NCBI RefSeq assembly: GCF_004010195.1
Contig: NC_057711.1
Location: forward strand, 69,195,850-69,259,849
Source: Chiloscyllium plagiosum
Taxonomy: Eukaryota
DNA length: 64,000 nt
Direction of reading: 5' to 3'
How positions within the stretch are numbered: the stretch's first letter is position 1; each line of letters opens with the position of its first letter. The notes beneath the pieces were generated by a model, which saw only the letters and a list, made by a program, of their open reading frames with translations, was not told the DNA's origin and did not search any database. This document shows positions 10,695 through 24,057 of this stretch, piece after piece. A program made the position numbers and the translations under genes.

Positions 10695-13231
10695 CAGTTT
10701 GACAGTTCCTCTCGTTCCCTTCCTCCACTCCAGCCGACACGAAGGAATTTCATGGCCCCAGACAACCATCCGTTTTGTGACTCGCCAACTAACCGGTGGG
10801 TTGTGCCAAAGTATGCACAAGAAAAAAAATTAGATCATCAGGAGGAACAGCATGCCGATCCAGGCAAAACTTAATAACACATGGCGCGGAGGTTTGAGGG
10901 AGTTAAAGGGGTGCCTGAGGGCGGCTGTGCCTGAGATTTGATCACTGCATATGCCATGTTCTGTTACTTTGCCATCAGAAAACAGAACCCCAGCCAGAGA
11001 AAATTAAAGTCGGAAAACAGTATGTGATCGTCTTGTGGTTTATGTACCTTAACTTTAACGCAGACCCCGTTTTACTCAGTTTTGCCGGTGGGGATGGGTT
11101 CTGATCGAGGTTTAGTCTCTCTGTGCACAACTCCCCTTAGGCTTGAATTTATTTGATTCTATTAATTTCATCTAATCGTGGATTCCAAATACATAAATCA
11201 ATGCAAAACTTTTAAAATTCCATGTATTTAAAGATTCTTGATACCTATAAATACAGCCCCAAACAGATTTTCAAAGTGATTGGATCTATAGTAGTTTTTG
11301 ATCTCGAGAATTCATGACGGATCTCATCCAAATGAATTTTAGCACACCTCAGTTTGAAGTAATTGCTGATTCACCTCAATTCCTCAAATTCCACAGAGCT
11401 ATGCATAACTGCAAGACAACCATTAAGAAAGAAAATCAATCAGATCTATAAATTGTGATCATAAATTCTTATGTTTGGAAAAAAAACATCTGTTGCCTTT
11501 CGGTGGTATTTGCTGTTTTCAGACGTGGGCGCCTGTGACGAAATTATCCAAATGTTCCCCATTTTTAGAATTTACATGTTTTTGAAGGGAGTGCCCGCTC
11601 TCTACAGAAACAGCAAATGATCAGTTACAAAATGTGGAATATAATTGGTTACTGTTTATGTCTGAAACTACACTGTAAATAGCACAGGACAAATCTGGAA
11701 AATGCCACACGGGTCAATATTTGTGTCTTCACTTTTGATTTGAATACAGTACTGTAATTCAGTTTTTAAAAGCGCCAAAATAATCGTTATGAAAGTCATA
11801 AAGCGAAGTTAAGGAAACCAGTGCGGTCTCATGTGTGGAAATTCATGGCAAAGATGTGTTTGATTAAAGATGACTCAAATAGTTTCTCGTGGCACCCGGT
11901 ATTTTCAGAATGATGTCTATATTTTCATATAAGAATGATGCTTAGAGACAATACACTTGCAATTCAACGAAAAGGTATCATTTGGTTTTATCAAATTTTT
12001 TCAGGATAAAACTTAACATCAAACATATTTACAATCATTAAACTGCTGTTGAAAGGTACCTTCGAAACTAAAGTCTCGAATATGTGTCCCGCTGTAAAAA
12101 AATAATTTAGATGGACAAGTTCAAGGAAATTCGAGACGGTTTATTAACATCTCTTAATTGCTTACCGCGATTCCCTCAAACTTTGTGGTAAAATAAACTC
12201 TGTTCGAGAAAAATCACGAACATCCCTAAAGCTGTATTCAACTCCTAACTTTTCATCCAAAACCACCCCGATGATCACTACAATACAGTAAGTCTTGCTC
12301 GTTTTAAAGGAGACTGAAATTACATGAAATAGCTTTTTTTCTAAAATTATTTATCATCGATTGAAGTAGAAACGTGAACCAGTTCCAGCCAGTATCTTGC
12401 CCCAGGTTTCCCCAATCTTACTCTCTCTGACACACTCTCTGTTAGCTCCGTTTGCGCCCCACAGCGTCTAATTCCTGTAATTACTTTGCTGCTGACATTT
12501 CACAGCCGCCGCATCTGTTGACACGGCTCCAAAAATTGTACTTTCTTTTAAACACTTCGTTTGTAATTGTGAAATCTAACGTAACATGTTTATCACAGCA
12601 CAAACAACTGCCAGGCTTTATTATATATCCATTTTCAAAAGAAAAAATACCATTTGTAACGCTTCAGTAAACACAAAAGATAAACATGAGAGCAAATATG
12701 AAGCGAGATTATTCTTCTCGGATTTTCTTCTAACGACAGTGCACACAAAGGAATTGTGGTATTTTGGCAGATAAACGATCCGAATCAGTCAGTAGGATTG
12801 TACAGTCCGGAAACATTTGGAAATCCGTAGTGTTGAGTGATTTGCAAATTTATTTGATGGCAAATGTATAGTTCTTTATGAGAGGTTGCGGGGTTGCTTT
12901 ATAAAAAAACGTTCTAGTAATATTTAATTACTTTGTTGTTGTTTAAGAGCCGCTCCGCAGCAACTAGTAATTTTAACGCTTTTTAAAATACATTGGTTCT
13001 GAGATTTCATTGCTGTTTAGTGTATGCCATCTAGTGTCGGCTGAAAGGCACACCGTTCTTCCCCAGGTTATAGACGGTAATAAATCCCACAGGACTGATC
13101 CATTAATGTTTCGACTTTATGAGAGAATGTATGTTATTGATTCCTGGTGTCTGTCAGGGACTTCTCCTAACAAGCTTGGAGCAATGTGTTTAATGCATTC
13201 TTCAGCTAAAACCAGTCCATGCAAGTTATTA

Positions 13232-13362
13232 AAAACCGAAAGAACTGCGGATGCTGTAGATCAGAAACAAAAACAGAATTTTCTGGGAAAGCTCAGCCGG
13301 CCTGGCGGTATCTGTGCAGAGAAATCAGAGTTAACGTTTCGGGTCTGGTGGCCCTTCCTCAG
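13232..13362 (-). mobile_element. Short Penelope-like insertion (family B) ending at a hammerhead motif
   Basis: Minus strand CTGAGGA-a-gggccaccagaccc-GAAA-cgtt; TSD aagttatta at 13223-13231 and 13363-13371. Confidence 0.75.
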
Positions 13363-13534
13363 AAGTTATTACTAACCTCAGGAACCTAAGGGAGAGGGGC
13401 GGGAGAAGGCCATTCAGTCCATCCATCCCGCCCTGCCATTCGACGGATGGTAGCTGTTCTTCTACTTCAATGCAATTTTTCCTCATAACTCCCCAATATC
13501 CCTTGACGTGTTAAGTATGTAAAACAAAATGAAA

Positions 13535-13875
13535 GGGAGACGCTGGCCTAATATTGTTATAGCTGGACTATCAATCCAGAGACCCAGGTAATATTCTGGG
13601 GACCTGAGTTCAAATCATGCCGTGGCAGATGGTGAATTTGAATCCATAGAAAGCTACAATTAAGAGTCCAATGATCCATGATTGTCCAAAAAAAAAATCT
13701 GGTTCACTAATGTCCCTTAGTGAAGGAAATTTGCCATCCTCACCTGGTCTGGCCTACATGTGACTCCAGACCCACAGCAATGTGGTTAACTCTTAACTGC
13801 CCTCTGGGTAATTAGGGATGGGTAAGAAATGCTAGCCTAGCCAGTGATGCCCTCATCTCATGAATGAATAAAAAA
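13535..13875 (+). mobile_element. tRNA-derived SINE whose 3' tail matches the LINE at 14500-16225
   Basis: B box gagttcaaatc; tail gggtaattagggatgggtaagaaatgctagcctagccagtgatgccctcatctcatgaatgaataaaaaa resembles 16160-16225. A decayed relative lies at about 33860-34330. Confidence 0.7.
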
Positions 13876-14003
13876 TTCAGTTTTAAAAATACAGCATTTT
13901 AGGATAGAGATTTTCAGAGATTCAACTCTGAGAAAATAAATTCTTCCTCATCTCAGTCTTACATGGTTTATTCTTATTCTGAGACTGGCTCCCCAATTCT
14001 GGA

Positions 14004-14270
14004 TGAAAGTGAGGACTGCAGATGCTGGAGATCAGCTGAAAATGTGTTGCTGGAAAAGCGCAGCAGGTCAGGCAGCATCCAAGGAGCAGGAGAATCGACG
14101 TTTCGGGCATGAGCCCTTCTTCAGGAATGAGAAAAGTGTGCCAAGCAGGCTAAGATAAAAGGTAGGGAGGAGGGACTTGGGGGAGGAGCGTTGGAAATGC
14201 GATAGGTGGAAGGAGGTTAAGGTGAGGGTGATAAGGTGAGGGTGATAGGCCAATCACCCTCACATTTTCA
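14004..14270 (-). mobile_element. Penelope-like 3' fragment (family A) with intact-looking hammerhead at 14093-14128
   Basis: Minus strand CTGAAGA-a-gggc(tcat)gccc-GAAA-c-GTC; TSD tccccaattctgga at 13990-14003 and 14271-14284. Same sequence family as the GIY-YIG-bearing copy at 43.9-44.8 kb. Confidence 0.85.
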
Positions 14271-14499
14271 TCCCCAATTCTGGACGTCTAGCCAGAGAAT
14301 CAACATTTGTGCATCCACCCTGTTAATCTCTGAAAGAATTTGTGTTCCAATTAGATCACCTCCTGTACAAACACCAGAAAATGCAGACCTAGTCTATTCA
14401 CTATTTCCTCACAGGACATTCCTTCCATCCCAGGAATTAGTTTGGTGAACAGTTCATTATACTCCCTCTTGGTGAGTATATATTTGTTTAGATAAGGAG

Positions 14500-16225
14500 G
14501 ATGATCCATCTTGGCCTTTTCCACTGCTCCCCAGCATTACAGATACCAGTCTTTTAGCCAATTCAATTCACTCCATGTGATAGCAAAAAAAAGTGAGAGG
14601 TACTGGATGCTGCAAAGGCTATGGGTCCTGCCAACATTCTGGCAATAATACTGAAGACTTGTGCTCTGGAACTTGCCACACCCCTAGCCAAGCTGTTCCA
14701 ATACAGTTACAACATTGACATCGATCCAATAATGTGGAAAATTGCTTAGCTATGTCCAGTACCTAAAAGGCAGGAAAAGTCCAACCCAGACAATTACCAC
14801 CACATCAGTTTACTCTTGATCATCAGTAAAGTGGTGGAAGGTGTCATTAACAGTGCTATCAAGCAGCACCTGCTCAGCAATAACCTGCTCAGTGTCACCC
14901 AGTGTGTTTTCTACCAGGGCTACTCAACTCCTGACCTCATTACAGCCTTGGTTCAAACATGAACAAAACAGATGAATTCCTGAATTGGGTTGAGAATGAT
15001 AGTCTTTCACATCAAGGTCACAGTTGACTGAGTGTGGCATCAAGGAGCTGTATAGATGGAATCAGTGGGTATCAGGGGTAAAATCTTTTGTGGTTGGAGT
15101 CATACCTGGCACATCGGAGGTTCTGGTTGTGGAGCTCAGTTTCAGGGTATTTCTGCAGGAGTTCCTAAGGATAGTGTCCTTCAGTTGCTTCATCAATGAC
15201 CTTCCCTCCATCATAAAGGAGATGTTTGCCGATGATTGCACCATTCGTGACACCTCAGATATTGAAGTGTTCAAAGGTAACAAGATCTGGACAGTTTCCA
15301 GGCTTGGGCTGATAAGTGGCAAGTAACACTCATGCCACATAAATGCCAGGTAGTGACTATTTTCAATAGGAATCAAACTAATTACTCCCCCTTGACATTC
15401 GATGGTCTTAACACACTGAATCTCCCACTATCAACATCCTCAGGGTTACCATTGACCATAAATTCAGCTGGACTCATTACAAAAACACAATGGCTACAAG
15501 AGCAGGGCAGAGGCTAGGAATATTGAACCTCATGACTCCCCAAAACCTGTCCACATCTCCAAGGCACAAGTCAGGAATGTGATGGAATACTCCCTACTTC
15601 TCTGAGTGAGTGCAGCTCCAACAACACTCAAGAAGCTTTACATCATTCAGGGCAAAGCAGCCACCTTGATTGGTACATCGACAAGCATCCATTCCCTCCA
15701 ACGCTGACACTCAGGAGAAAGTGAGGACTGCAGATGCTGGAGATCAGAACTGAAAAATGTGTTGCTGGAAAAGCGCAGCAGGAATTCCTGAAAAAGGGCT
15801 TATGCCCGAAACGTAGATTCTCCTGCTCCTTGAATGCTGCCTGACCTGCTGTGCTTTTCCAGCAACACACTTTTCAACACTGACACTCAGCCAAGCAGTG
15901 TGTACTTTCTACAAGATTCACTGCAGAAATTCACTAGAGATCTTTAAACAACATCTTCCAAATCTGCGACCTCTTTTATCTAGATGGCCAAGGGCAGCAG
16001 ATGGATGGCTCCACTACCAATTGCAAGTTCCCCTCCAAGCCAATCACCATCCTTATTGAAAATATATCACTGTTTCTTCACTGTTGCTGGATCAAAATCA
16101 TGGAATTCCCTCCCTAAAATCTACAGGCTGTCAAGAAGGCAGCTCACCACTACCTTCTCAAGGGCAACGAGGAACAGGTAATAAATGCTGGCCAACCAGC
16201 ATTGCTGCCATCCCACAAGTGAATA
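14500..16225 (+). mobile_element. Decayed LINE reverse transcriptase region and 3' tail (second CR1-clade family)
   Basis: LKTCALELATPLAKLFQYSYN, NYHHISLLLIISKV, FINDLPSII..MFADDCT motifs. Same family as minus-strand copies at 37640-39700, 43030-43635 and 53620-54790. Confidence 0.8.
15715..15874. mobile_element. Penelope-like terminus (family A) with internal inversion, inserted in a LINE
   Basis: TSD caac(g/a)ctgacactcag at 15699-15714 and 15875-15890; plus-strand hammerhead with mutated core CTGAAAA..GAAACGTA at about 15788-15815. Confidence 0.8.
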
Positions 16226-16540
16226 GCAGATAGTACTCCCAGGTGAGTTCCTGCCAAGGCTCTATATAATTACTGTGAGACACCGTTGTTCCTGTAATAC
16301 ATTTTTAGTAAAGACCAACATAGAATTTGCCATCGTAACTGTTGTTTGCTGTACCTGCGCGTTAACTTTCCATGACTCATGAAGAAAAGACACCCTCAAG
16401 TTCAACACTCATCATTTAATAAATACTCTTTGGACTGAAGCTTACCAGAAATCCGCTAAGTGTTAATTTTGGTGAGTTTCATGAAGGGTTTTTACTATTT
16501 GATCTCGAGAGATTTTGCATGCTATCACCCAATCACCCCT

Positions 16541-16674
16541 CTTATATATTTATGCACTACACCCCAATGGCACCCTGCTCACTGTATTCTCCCATTTGCA
16601 GTAGGTGCTTATATATTTATGCACTACACCCCAATGGCACCCTGCTCACTGTATTCTCCCATTTGCAGTAGGTG
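16541..16674. repeat. Perfect 67-bp tandem duplication
   Basis: 16541-16607 is identical to 16608-16674. Confidence 0.95.
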
Positions 16675-16803
16675 CAAGTACTCACCACTTGCAGGATATC
16701 CTGGGATTCTAGCACAGCGCCATTGTACACCAGGCCAAGAGCTCAAAGTCCAAAGCTGTGTGGCATGATTCATATTATATTCCTGGACAGAATAGACTGT
16801 GAA

Positions 16804-17300
16804 AAATTTGCACCCTGCTTTATGGACAGGGACTTGGAGGTACAAGAGGGCAGGGTGGTGCACAGGAGGGCTGTCCGCTTCCTAGGGGACTGGAAAAGGA
16901 GGCTATGACACCAAACCCTGCCAGTCTGGCTCGAGGTTGCCACTCAGTTAATGCCATGTCCGCAGTCTGGAGAAATGCCCAGCAATGCAGGCAAGAGGTC
17001 AGTTACCTTCTCTGCTTCACCAAGGTAAGTACCATCATCATCTTTCTGCTTCCACACTCATTGCATGCGACATCTTACACACATGTTCTCTCGTTCTTTC
17101 TACTGAGACAGTTCACCACTTTTTCCCACCCCCTGGACCAGTACTGACAGTTGTGTCATCCACTTTCATCTCACTGAATCCCTCCATTTGTCTCATTCTA
17201 GGACAAAACACTCCATAATAGGGCTGAAAATGCCAAATTGGGTGGTGGTGTAGCCGAGGTTCAGCTCCTCATCTCCTATGACGAGAAGATTCTGGTACTA
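16804..17300 (+). pseudogene. Decayed Harbinger-type Myb/SANT-like (NAIF1-like) transposon ORF with retained intron
   Basis: Frameshifted KFAPCFMDRDLEV..RRAV..KRRL and VNAMSAVWRNAQQCRQEVSYLL. Donor AAG|GTAAGT at 17025 and acceptor TAG at 17201, then DKTLHNRAENAKLGGGVAEVQLLISYDE. Confidence 0.6.
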
Positions 17301-17359
17301 GATGGGGTGGACTGTCAGTACTCATGTTGTGATGTCCCAGCAACCAAGAAAGAAGCATT

Positions 17360-17921
17360 TTCTGGATTAGTGGTGCTGGAAGAGCACAGCAATTCAGGCA
17401 GCATCCGAGGACAGGCAAAATCGACGTTTCGGGCAAAAGCCCTTCATCAGGAATAAAGGCAGAGAGCCTGAAGCGTGGAGAGATAAGCTAGAGGAGGGTG
17501 GGGTTGAAGTGTTCCGAGGCGGAAGATGAGGCGTTCTTCCTCCAGGCGTCTGGTGGTGAGGGAGCGGTGGTGGAGGAGGCCCAGCACCTCCATATCCTCG
17601 GCAGAGTGGGGGGGGGAGTTGAAATGTTGGGCCACGGGGCGGTTTGGTTGATTGGTGCGGGTGTCTCGGAGATGTTCCCTAAAGCGCTCTGCTAGGAGGC
17701 GCCCAGTCTCCCCAATGTACATGAGACCGCATCGGGAGCAACGGATACAATATATGATATTAGTGGATGTGCAGGTAACACTTTGATGGATGTGGAAAGC
17801 TCCTTTGGGGCCTTGGATAGAGGTGAGGGAGGAGGTGTGGGCGCAGGTTTTACAGTTCCTGCGGTGGCAGGGGAAAGTGCCAGGATGGGAGGGTGGGTCG
17901 TAGGGGGGCGTGAACCTGACC
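17360..17921 (-). mobile_element. 5'-truncated Penelope-like retroelement: GIY-YIG endonuclease C-terminus plus hammerhead (17419-17454)
   Basis: Part of ORF 17447..18097 reads TFPCHRRNCKTC..NIIYCIRCSRCGLMYIGETGRLLAERFREH..HF, a PLE GIY-YIG signature. Core CTGATGA-a-gggc(tttt)gccc-GAAA-c-GTC; TSD agaaagaagcatt at 17347-17359 and 17922-17934. Confidence 0.9.
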
Positions 17922-20900
17922 AGAAAGAAGCATTGTCCATTGCTACAATACTCTCCCATTGCCAGCACGGTGAATGTACTCTTAACTAACCCGAACATTT
18001 GGCCCTTGTTCATGACACATTCTGCAGGTAAAAATGGCATCTGCACAGTCTCAGCATCCAAGAGACACCCCCACTCCACCTCTGAAGAATAAGCCACAGA
18101 CTCCTCAGAGGAAGCATTGGCAAAACTGCCTCTGCACCCTCCACCGATTCAAATATTGACACCCTGGTGGGTATTTTAACTGGAGTATCTGCTGGTGAGG
18201 AAAAAATGCTGCAGGTCACTGATACTCAGAGGACTGACAGAGACCAGACACCTGCTAAGTCCCAGGTAGCTGAGGACCCTATGATGTTGATGATTAAAAA
18301 TATCATAGAAATACACAGGAGATATAGGAGCAGCTGACAGGTGTGTGCACGCATTGAGCAAATTGACAATGCTTTCAATATTGGACCAATGGTGCTGACA
18401 GTATGTTGCCTTAGGCATGTAAGCATGTGGCTGCCTCCATTGATGGGTTAATGACTGCCATGGACAGTGAGGTCCAGCACTGTCACAGTCTGCTAGCTCA
18501 ACACATGGACTTGCCTCCTATCAGTCCAGCCATTGGTACTCAGCATCAATGACAAGGCAATAGGGAGACAAGGGGCTTTCCTTACTCTCGGTGCCCCTTC
18601 TGCACAAGGAGGCAAGCAGTGGCAATACACACCCAACAAATGAGGAACCACATGTAGGTATCCCAGAAATCTCCACCCAGTAGTCAGCAAAGGTCTCCAG
18701 GTCTTCACTTCGACCCTGCCTGTCACCCTCAGCCCTGAGGTGGATGCATTTGCCTTTGGGCAGGACATATTTGGTATGCTTGGGTCCTCTAACCAAAATC
18801 TCTCCTGAGTGGCCTGGCCAAAGCTTTAAAGCCCAAAAACTCCATCATTAAACAAGCCTCCTACACTCCAGCTGCAGGTCCTAAGATTACAGTAAGGGTA
18901 GTGACAGGGAAAGATAAAAGAAGAAGACCATCTGAGGGCACAAAGTTGGCATGAGTGACATTTCATTGTAAGTATATTCACATATTTGTAAACATGTGTT
19001 CACTTTTGTTTCACTCAGGACATGTCTTTCTAACTGCAATTCAATATTGAAGTTACATAGGCATGTTATTCTTAGCACTACCCTCAGTTTTATGGTCCAA
19101 GGTGTGAAATGGGTAGTGCCTGCACCATGTGCGGGCTATAGAAACTTGGAAGGTGCTTACTACTTTGGCATCTAATGTTAATCTTTCATTGACTGTGCAT
19201 CACAACCATTAGTGAAATTGATTCCCAATGCTAAATAATGTAGTCATGAGTACATTGGGTTAGGATTTATAGTCCACACAGTAGTCATTGTCCAAGGTTC
19301 ATACAACACATTTCCTGCAGGTCTCTTATACCTGTACTGTATAAATGCCTGTAATTCTGTTACCCTTTGAAGGCACTCTCATTGCTCAAACGTGAAGCCC
19401 TCTCCATTACAGAATAAAACACGTTGCCCATTCCAAATGCCTTTTTGGCTTACTATAAGCCATAATCCTAGAGACCCCAACTACAGAGTTTCTCCCAATC
19501 TGCATTCTCTGTTTCTCCTTAATATCCTGAATACTTTCATCAAATCACCCCAAACTTTCTAAATTCCAGAGAATACTTTTCTAATTTGTTCAATCTGTTC
19601 TCATTAATTGATCCTTGAAGTTCTGTGAAGATCCTTGAATCTATGCTGTATTCCCACCAAGCCAAAATTATTATTCCTAAAATTTGGTACCCATAACTGC
19701 TGACAGTACTCTGGGTGCGGTCTAATCAGGTTTTATATTGCTGATGCATGACTTCTTTTTGTTTTATGTTCCTCATTCATGAGTAGATTTCAATAAGGAG
19801 AAATATTAATAGTTACATCAGTGCTTCACAAACTTACTTCCACTTTGAATCCATTTAAAGTTTTGAAAACTGTTGCGTTCCTAGATGAATGATTGTGAAG
19901 GAAACGTTGGAGGAGAAGGCTTATGAGAACTGTTTAATGGGAGTCAGCTATTGATACCTCAGAACTTGCATGCTAACTTGGGGTCTCAACTCCAATTATA
20001 GGAAGGCCAGAGTTAAATATTGATCATGATTCTCTATGGACAGATGCTCAAAATAAGTATCAACATCAAATAATTGTAACTGTTTGGAAATTTCATGCTG
20101 AACCTCAAATAAATCCAACTTTATTTCTTTTTAATATTGTGTCGCATCTGTAACTAAATCTCATTAGCTACATGTCAAGACATGTTTAAAGCTGGTTGAA
20201 AGCTTATTGTTACATATTAGAGTTTCTGTCAGCATCTTACAAAGTTCTATATTAGGAGTTGCTCCTGAAAAAAACCCAAAATCATACTCTTATGAGTTCA
20301 CTCACTATTTACCAATTAATGTTGTTTGGGGTTATAACAATGGCATCCTTTATGAAGTAAATCAGTTATTCCTGCCTTTCTGTGTGAGAAGACTTTTTTT
20401 AACTTATATTTGGTTTGCGGAAACATTAACTTAGGAGCATAAATGCCTACTGTCTATTTCTTACATAGCCCTTATCACCCAATGAGGCCTAGAGAAGAAA
20501 AGACTTGTCTGGCTAAATATTTCACTGGTCCACTGAAGATGGGAGCTAGCTCAGAAAGGAGCAGAAGTTATATTATTTAATGAGAAGAGAATATAAGAAC
20601 TATAGAGGAAGGAAAATAGCAATAATAAGGAACTATAACAAATATATTTTGGACAAGCAGTATAAGAACATGGGTGAACCATTTTGCTCCATGAATCTGT
20701 TTCACCATTTAGGAAGATTGTGGCTAATTGGTATATTAACATGATTATCCAGTCTTAGTAATGTATTCTTTTAGCTAAATGAGTCAATCAACTGATCATG
20801 CTTACACAATAGTTTTTTTTTCTCTATACAGGTCCCTTTCTGGATGGCATCAACCCCAAAGTTCAACAACAGAGTTTAAAGTCTGTTTTCGGCTGCCAAC

Positions 20901-21076
20901 TGTCCTTATTCCTCTTCAATCCTGCCATGATTCCCTCAATTTTCCAATCTTTAACAATAAATCTGAATCATCAGAGTGAATAGTCCTGCCCTGCCTGTAG
21001 CTACTCCATGTTGTAACGTGGAAGTCCTACACTATCTCATGCTACAGGCAGGATACACCAAGAGAAGTCACGTTTA

Positions 21077-21207
21077 ATAAAAAACTGAACAAACTGTGGA
21101 TGCTGTTAATCAGAAATAAAAACAGAAATGGCTGCAAGAACTCAGCAAATCTGTGAAGACAAATCAGAGTTAGCATTTTGGGTCCAGTGACACTTCCTCA
21201 GAACAGG
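21077..21207 (-). mobile_element. Short Penelope-like insertion (family B), decayed hammerhead
   Basis: Homologous to 13232-13362; TSD gaagtca(c/t)gttta at 21064-21076 and 21208-21220. Confidence 0.7.
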
Positions 21208-21864
21208 GAAGTCATGTTTACAGACATTGTCAAAACACTCTTTAAACACATGTCACAAAGTAAAATATGTATGCTATGTTGGTCAGGTTTACTGCTGACA
21301 GATGCATTGTTAATAATTAGGGTACTTGACTGGAGGTGCAGATTGTATGAATATTTACCACAAATCTGTTAGAATTCTTTGAGGTAATAAGAAAATTAAA
21401 CAAAGGAGAGCCAGTGGACGTGATCTATTTGGATTTCCAGAAACAATATTCCAGCTATAGGGCTGAAGACCACTGCTCCAAGACCAACTGTGCTTCTAGC
21501 TGAACTGTTTCAATACAGCTAACAATTCAGCTAACATGTTGACAACTACCTGGCAAAATGGAAAGTTGACAGATATGTCTTGTTCATAAAATGATGGAAG
21601 GTGTCATCAATCATGCTATCAAACAGCATTTGCCAACAGCCTGAATCACAACCACCCCTCAGCTTCTGACCACATTAAAGCCTTGCTCAACATATGGACA
21701 AAGAATTGAACTTATGAGGATGATGAAAGTAACCGTACTTGACTGATGACGGAATCAAGGAGGCCCAGTAAAATTAAAGTCAATGGGAATCGGAGCAAAA
21801 TTCTCCACTAGTTGGAGTTCACCAAGCAAAAAAGGAAAATTGGTGGGATTGTTGAAGGCTGTTG

Positions 21865-22156
21865 GGGTGACAGAGTGCAGAACTAGAAGATATAGGTTTA
21901 GAGTGAAAGGGAAAAGATATAAAAGGGACAACTTTTTCTCACAGAGGGTGGTGCGTGTATGGAATGAACTCCCAGAGAAAGTGGTGGAAGCTGGTATGAT
22001 TACAGTATTTAAAAGGCATCTGGATGGGTATATGACTAGGAAGGGTTTAGAGGGATATGGGCCAAGTGCTGGCAAATGGGATTAGATTAGGTTAGGATAT
22101 CTGGTCAGCATAGACGAGTTGGACCGAAGGGTGCTGTACATCTCTATGACTCTATG
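21865..22156 (+). mobile_element. HER1/CR1 LINE 3' end
   Basis: FFSQRVVRVWNELPEKVVEAG..FKRHLD; tail ctctatgactctatg. Confidence 0.85.
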
Positions 22157-23934
22157 CTGCCTGAGATAGGTTTTTTTACGAAAAAAGGACAAGGGCAGCA
22201 AGCATGTGAGATTCCATTTTCTCCAAAATCCCCTCTAAGTCACAATACTTGCTGACTTGGAAAAATATTGATATTTTTAAGAGAAGTATTAAAGGAATGT
22301 TTCTGCTTTAAAAATCTGTACATTGGAAATTAAAGTTAAAAAAACTCGTCTGTCATGTCAGTATGTCAGTTATGTGATGTCTTTTACTATGGAATATCAC
22401 AAAGCCTTTTGACCTACATATTAAACTCAAGCTGCTAAAGGGAAAGTCTTATAATGCACCTGATTAGGGACAACACAATGCCTCCTTCTAAGGTATGAAA
22501 CCATCCTTCCTGCCTCAACAGACATTGAAATGGGATCCACTCAATTTGGTCCATTGAAGCATTTGAAAAGTTGATTGCGTCAGTTAAAAGACCATGAATG
22601 AATCTAGTTCCAGACTATGGAGTAATCAACCTTCACAGTTAGAAAGACTATTCACCAGTCTAGAATAGAGGTTTTTACAAGCTAAAACAAACTGTACGGT
22701 TACTTTAGGAAGTAGAATCCAAGGACCAGGCGCCAAAGAAGTTGTGCTTACCAAATGCTGTTCCATTGTCAGAAAGACACTTGCTAACTTGGGAAAATAT
22801 TGATGTTGTTTTATCATCATAAATTTGTATTTTTAGAACTTCCTAACTAACTGTCAGAATACCTTCATGAGACAGACTGCAGTGTTTCAATAAGGCAGCT
22901 CACCAACTTCTGAACAGCAATTAGGGGTTGGCAATAAATTATACCAATATCCTATGAATGAAATTATTCCATGATGAATTTATTTTAAAAATTGTAAGGA
23001 GGTCTTACGAGTCTTTTAAGGAACTATCAACCGAAAAGAAAAGATTTATTAAAATGTGGTAAATGCATCATTCATGATGATTGACTGCCTTATGATGCCT
23101 TTAACATGGGCCAGACAGATCCTCAGTGATGAGCGAGTAACATATATGCCAGAGGCTAAGATCGAAGTGTGAATTGTTTTCATGCAAAAATAGAACACTA
23201 GGAGAAGTTCAGCAGCCTTAAATACTGTCATATTTCTTTGAAAAGTTAAACTTCTGCTTTGGCAAAAAAGGACTTCCTGAGTGCAGAGCTGTATTTAACT
23301 GCTGGCTTCTGAGGAGGTTGCCTCTTCAATTCAGAAACTATCCCTTGTTTAATCATTTTGAGCATAGCCTGTCTCTACACTATTGCAATCTTCTATGATA
23401 GTTTCATAGAAGTATCATACAAATAAAACAGCAAATTGTTCACTTGAACAATAAGAGAAGTTCATTTATACTTAGTATTGCATCTCTTGGATTCCACTTT
23501 CCCAGTACATTTTACAAACAGTGCAGAGTTACTAATAATAATTTAAATGAAATAAATGGTCCATTTTGTCTACATGCAATGCTAACATAGCCGATAATCT
23601 TCTCTATATTTGAATGTCTCCCTTACAAATATGATTTGCAGATGGCTATTGAACATGTAGAAGTTGCTAATCACATCATTGCAAAGTTTTGAAAATAAAT
23701 TACTAAACATTTGAAGACATAGGTATGCAAAAATATGAAAAATGTAACAGGTGAAGATTAGTTGTTACACTGAACCTGTCCTATACCATATTATCATTCC
23801 GCCTACCAGTCCCACCCATCTGCAACAAAGTGTCTTCAGAGAACCCTAAATCTTCCGCCAATTTGCAAAAATCCTCTGGAAAATGATTGCCTCTCTGATT
23901 AGAAAGATGATCAAACAAGTGTTTCCAATATCCC

Positions 23935-24057
23935 AATGAAAGCTGTGTATGCTGGAAATCGGAAGAAGAGTCATATCGACCTTGAAAGATCACCCTGCTT
24001 TTGTCTCTACAGATGCTGCCAGACTTGATGAGTTTCTCCAGCATTGTCTATGATTGC
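23935..24057 (+). mobile_element. Decayed short Penelope-like insertion (B-related)
   Basis: cggaaga-agagtcatatcgacctt-gaaa followed by ctctacagatgctgccagac..tttctccagc; TSD ttccaatatccc at 23923-23934 and 24058-24069. Confidence 0.6.

Noticed and set aside
17447..18097. 216-aa ORF as a host gene
   Set aside because: Chimeric: only the part up to 17921 is Penelope endonuclease; the N-terminus is read-through of flanking DNA beyond the TSD.
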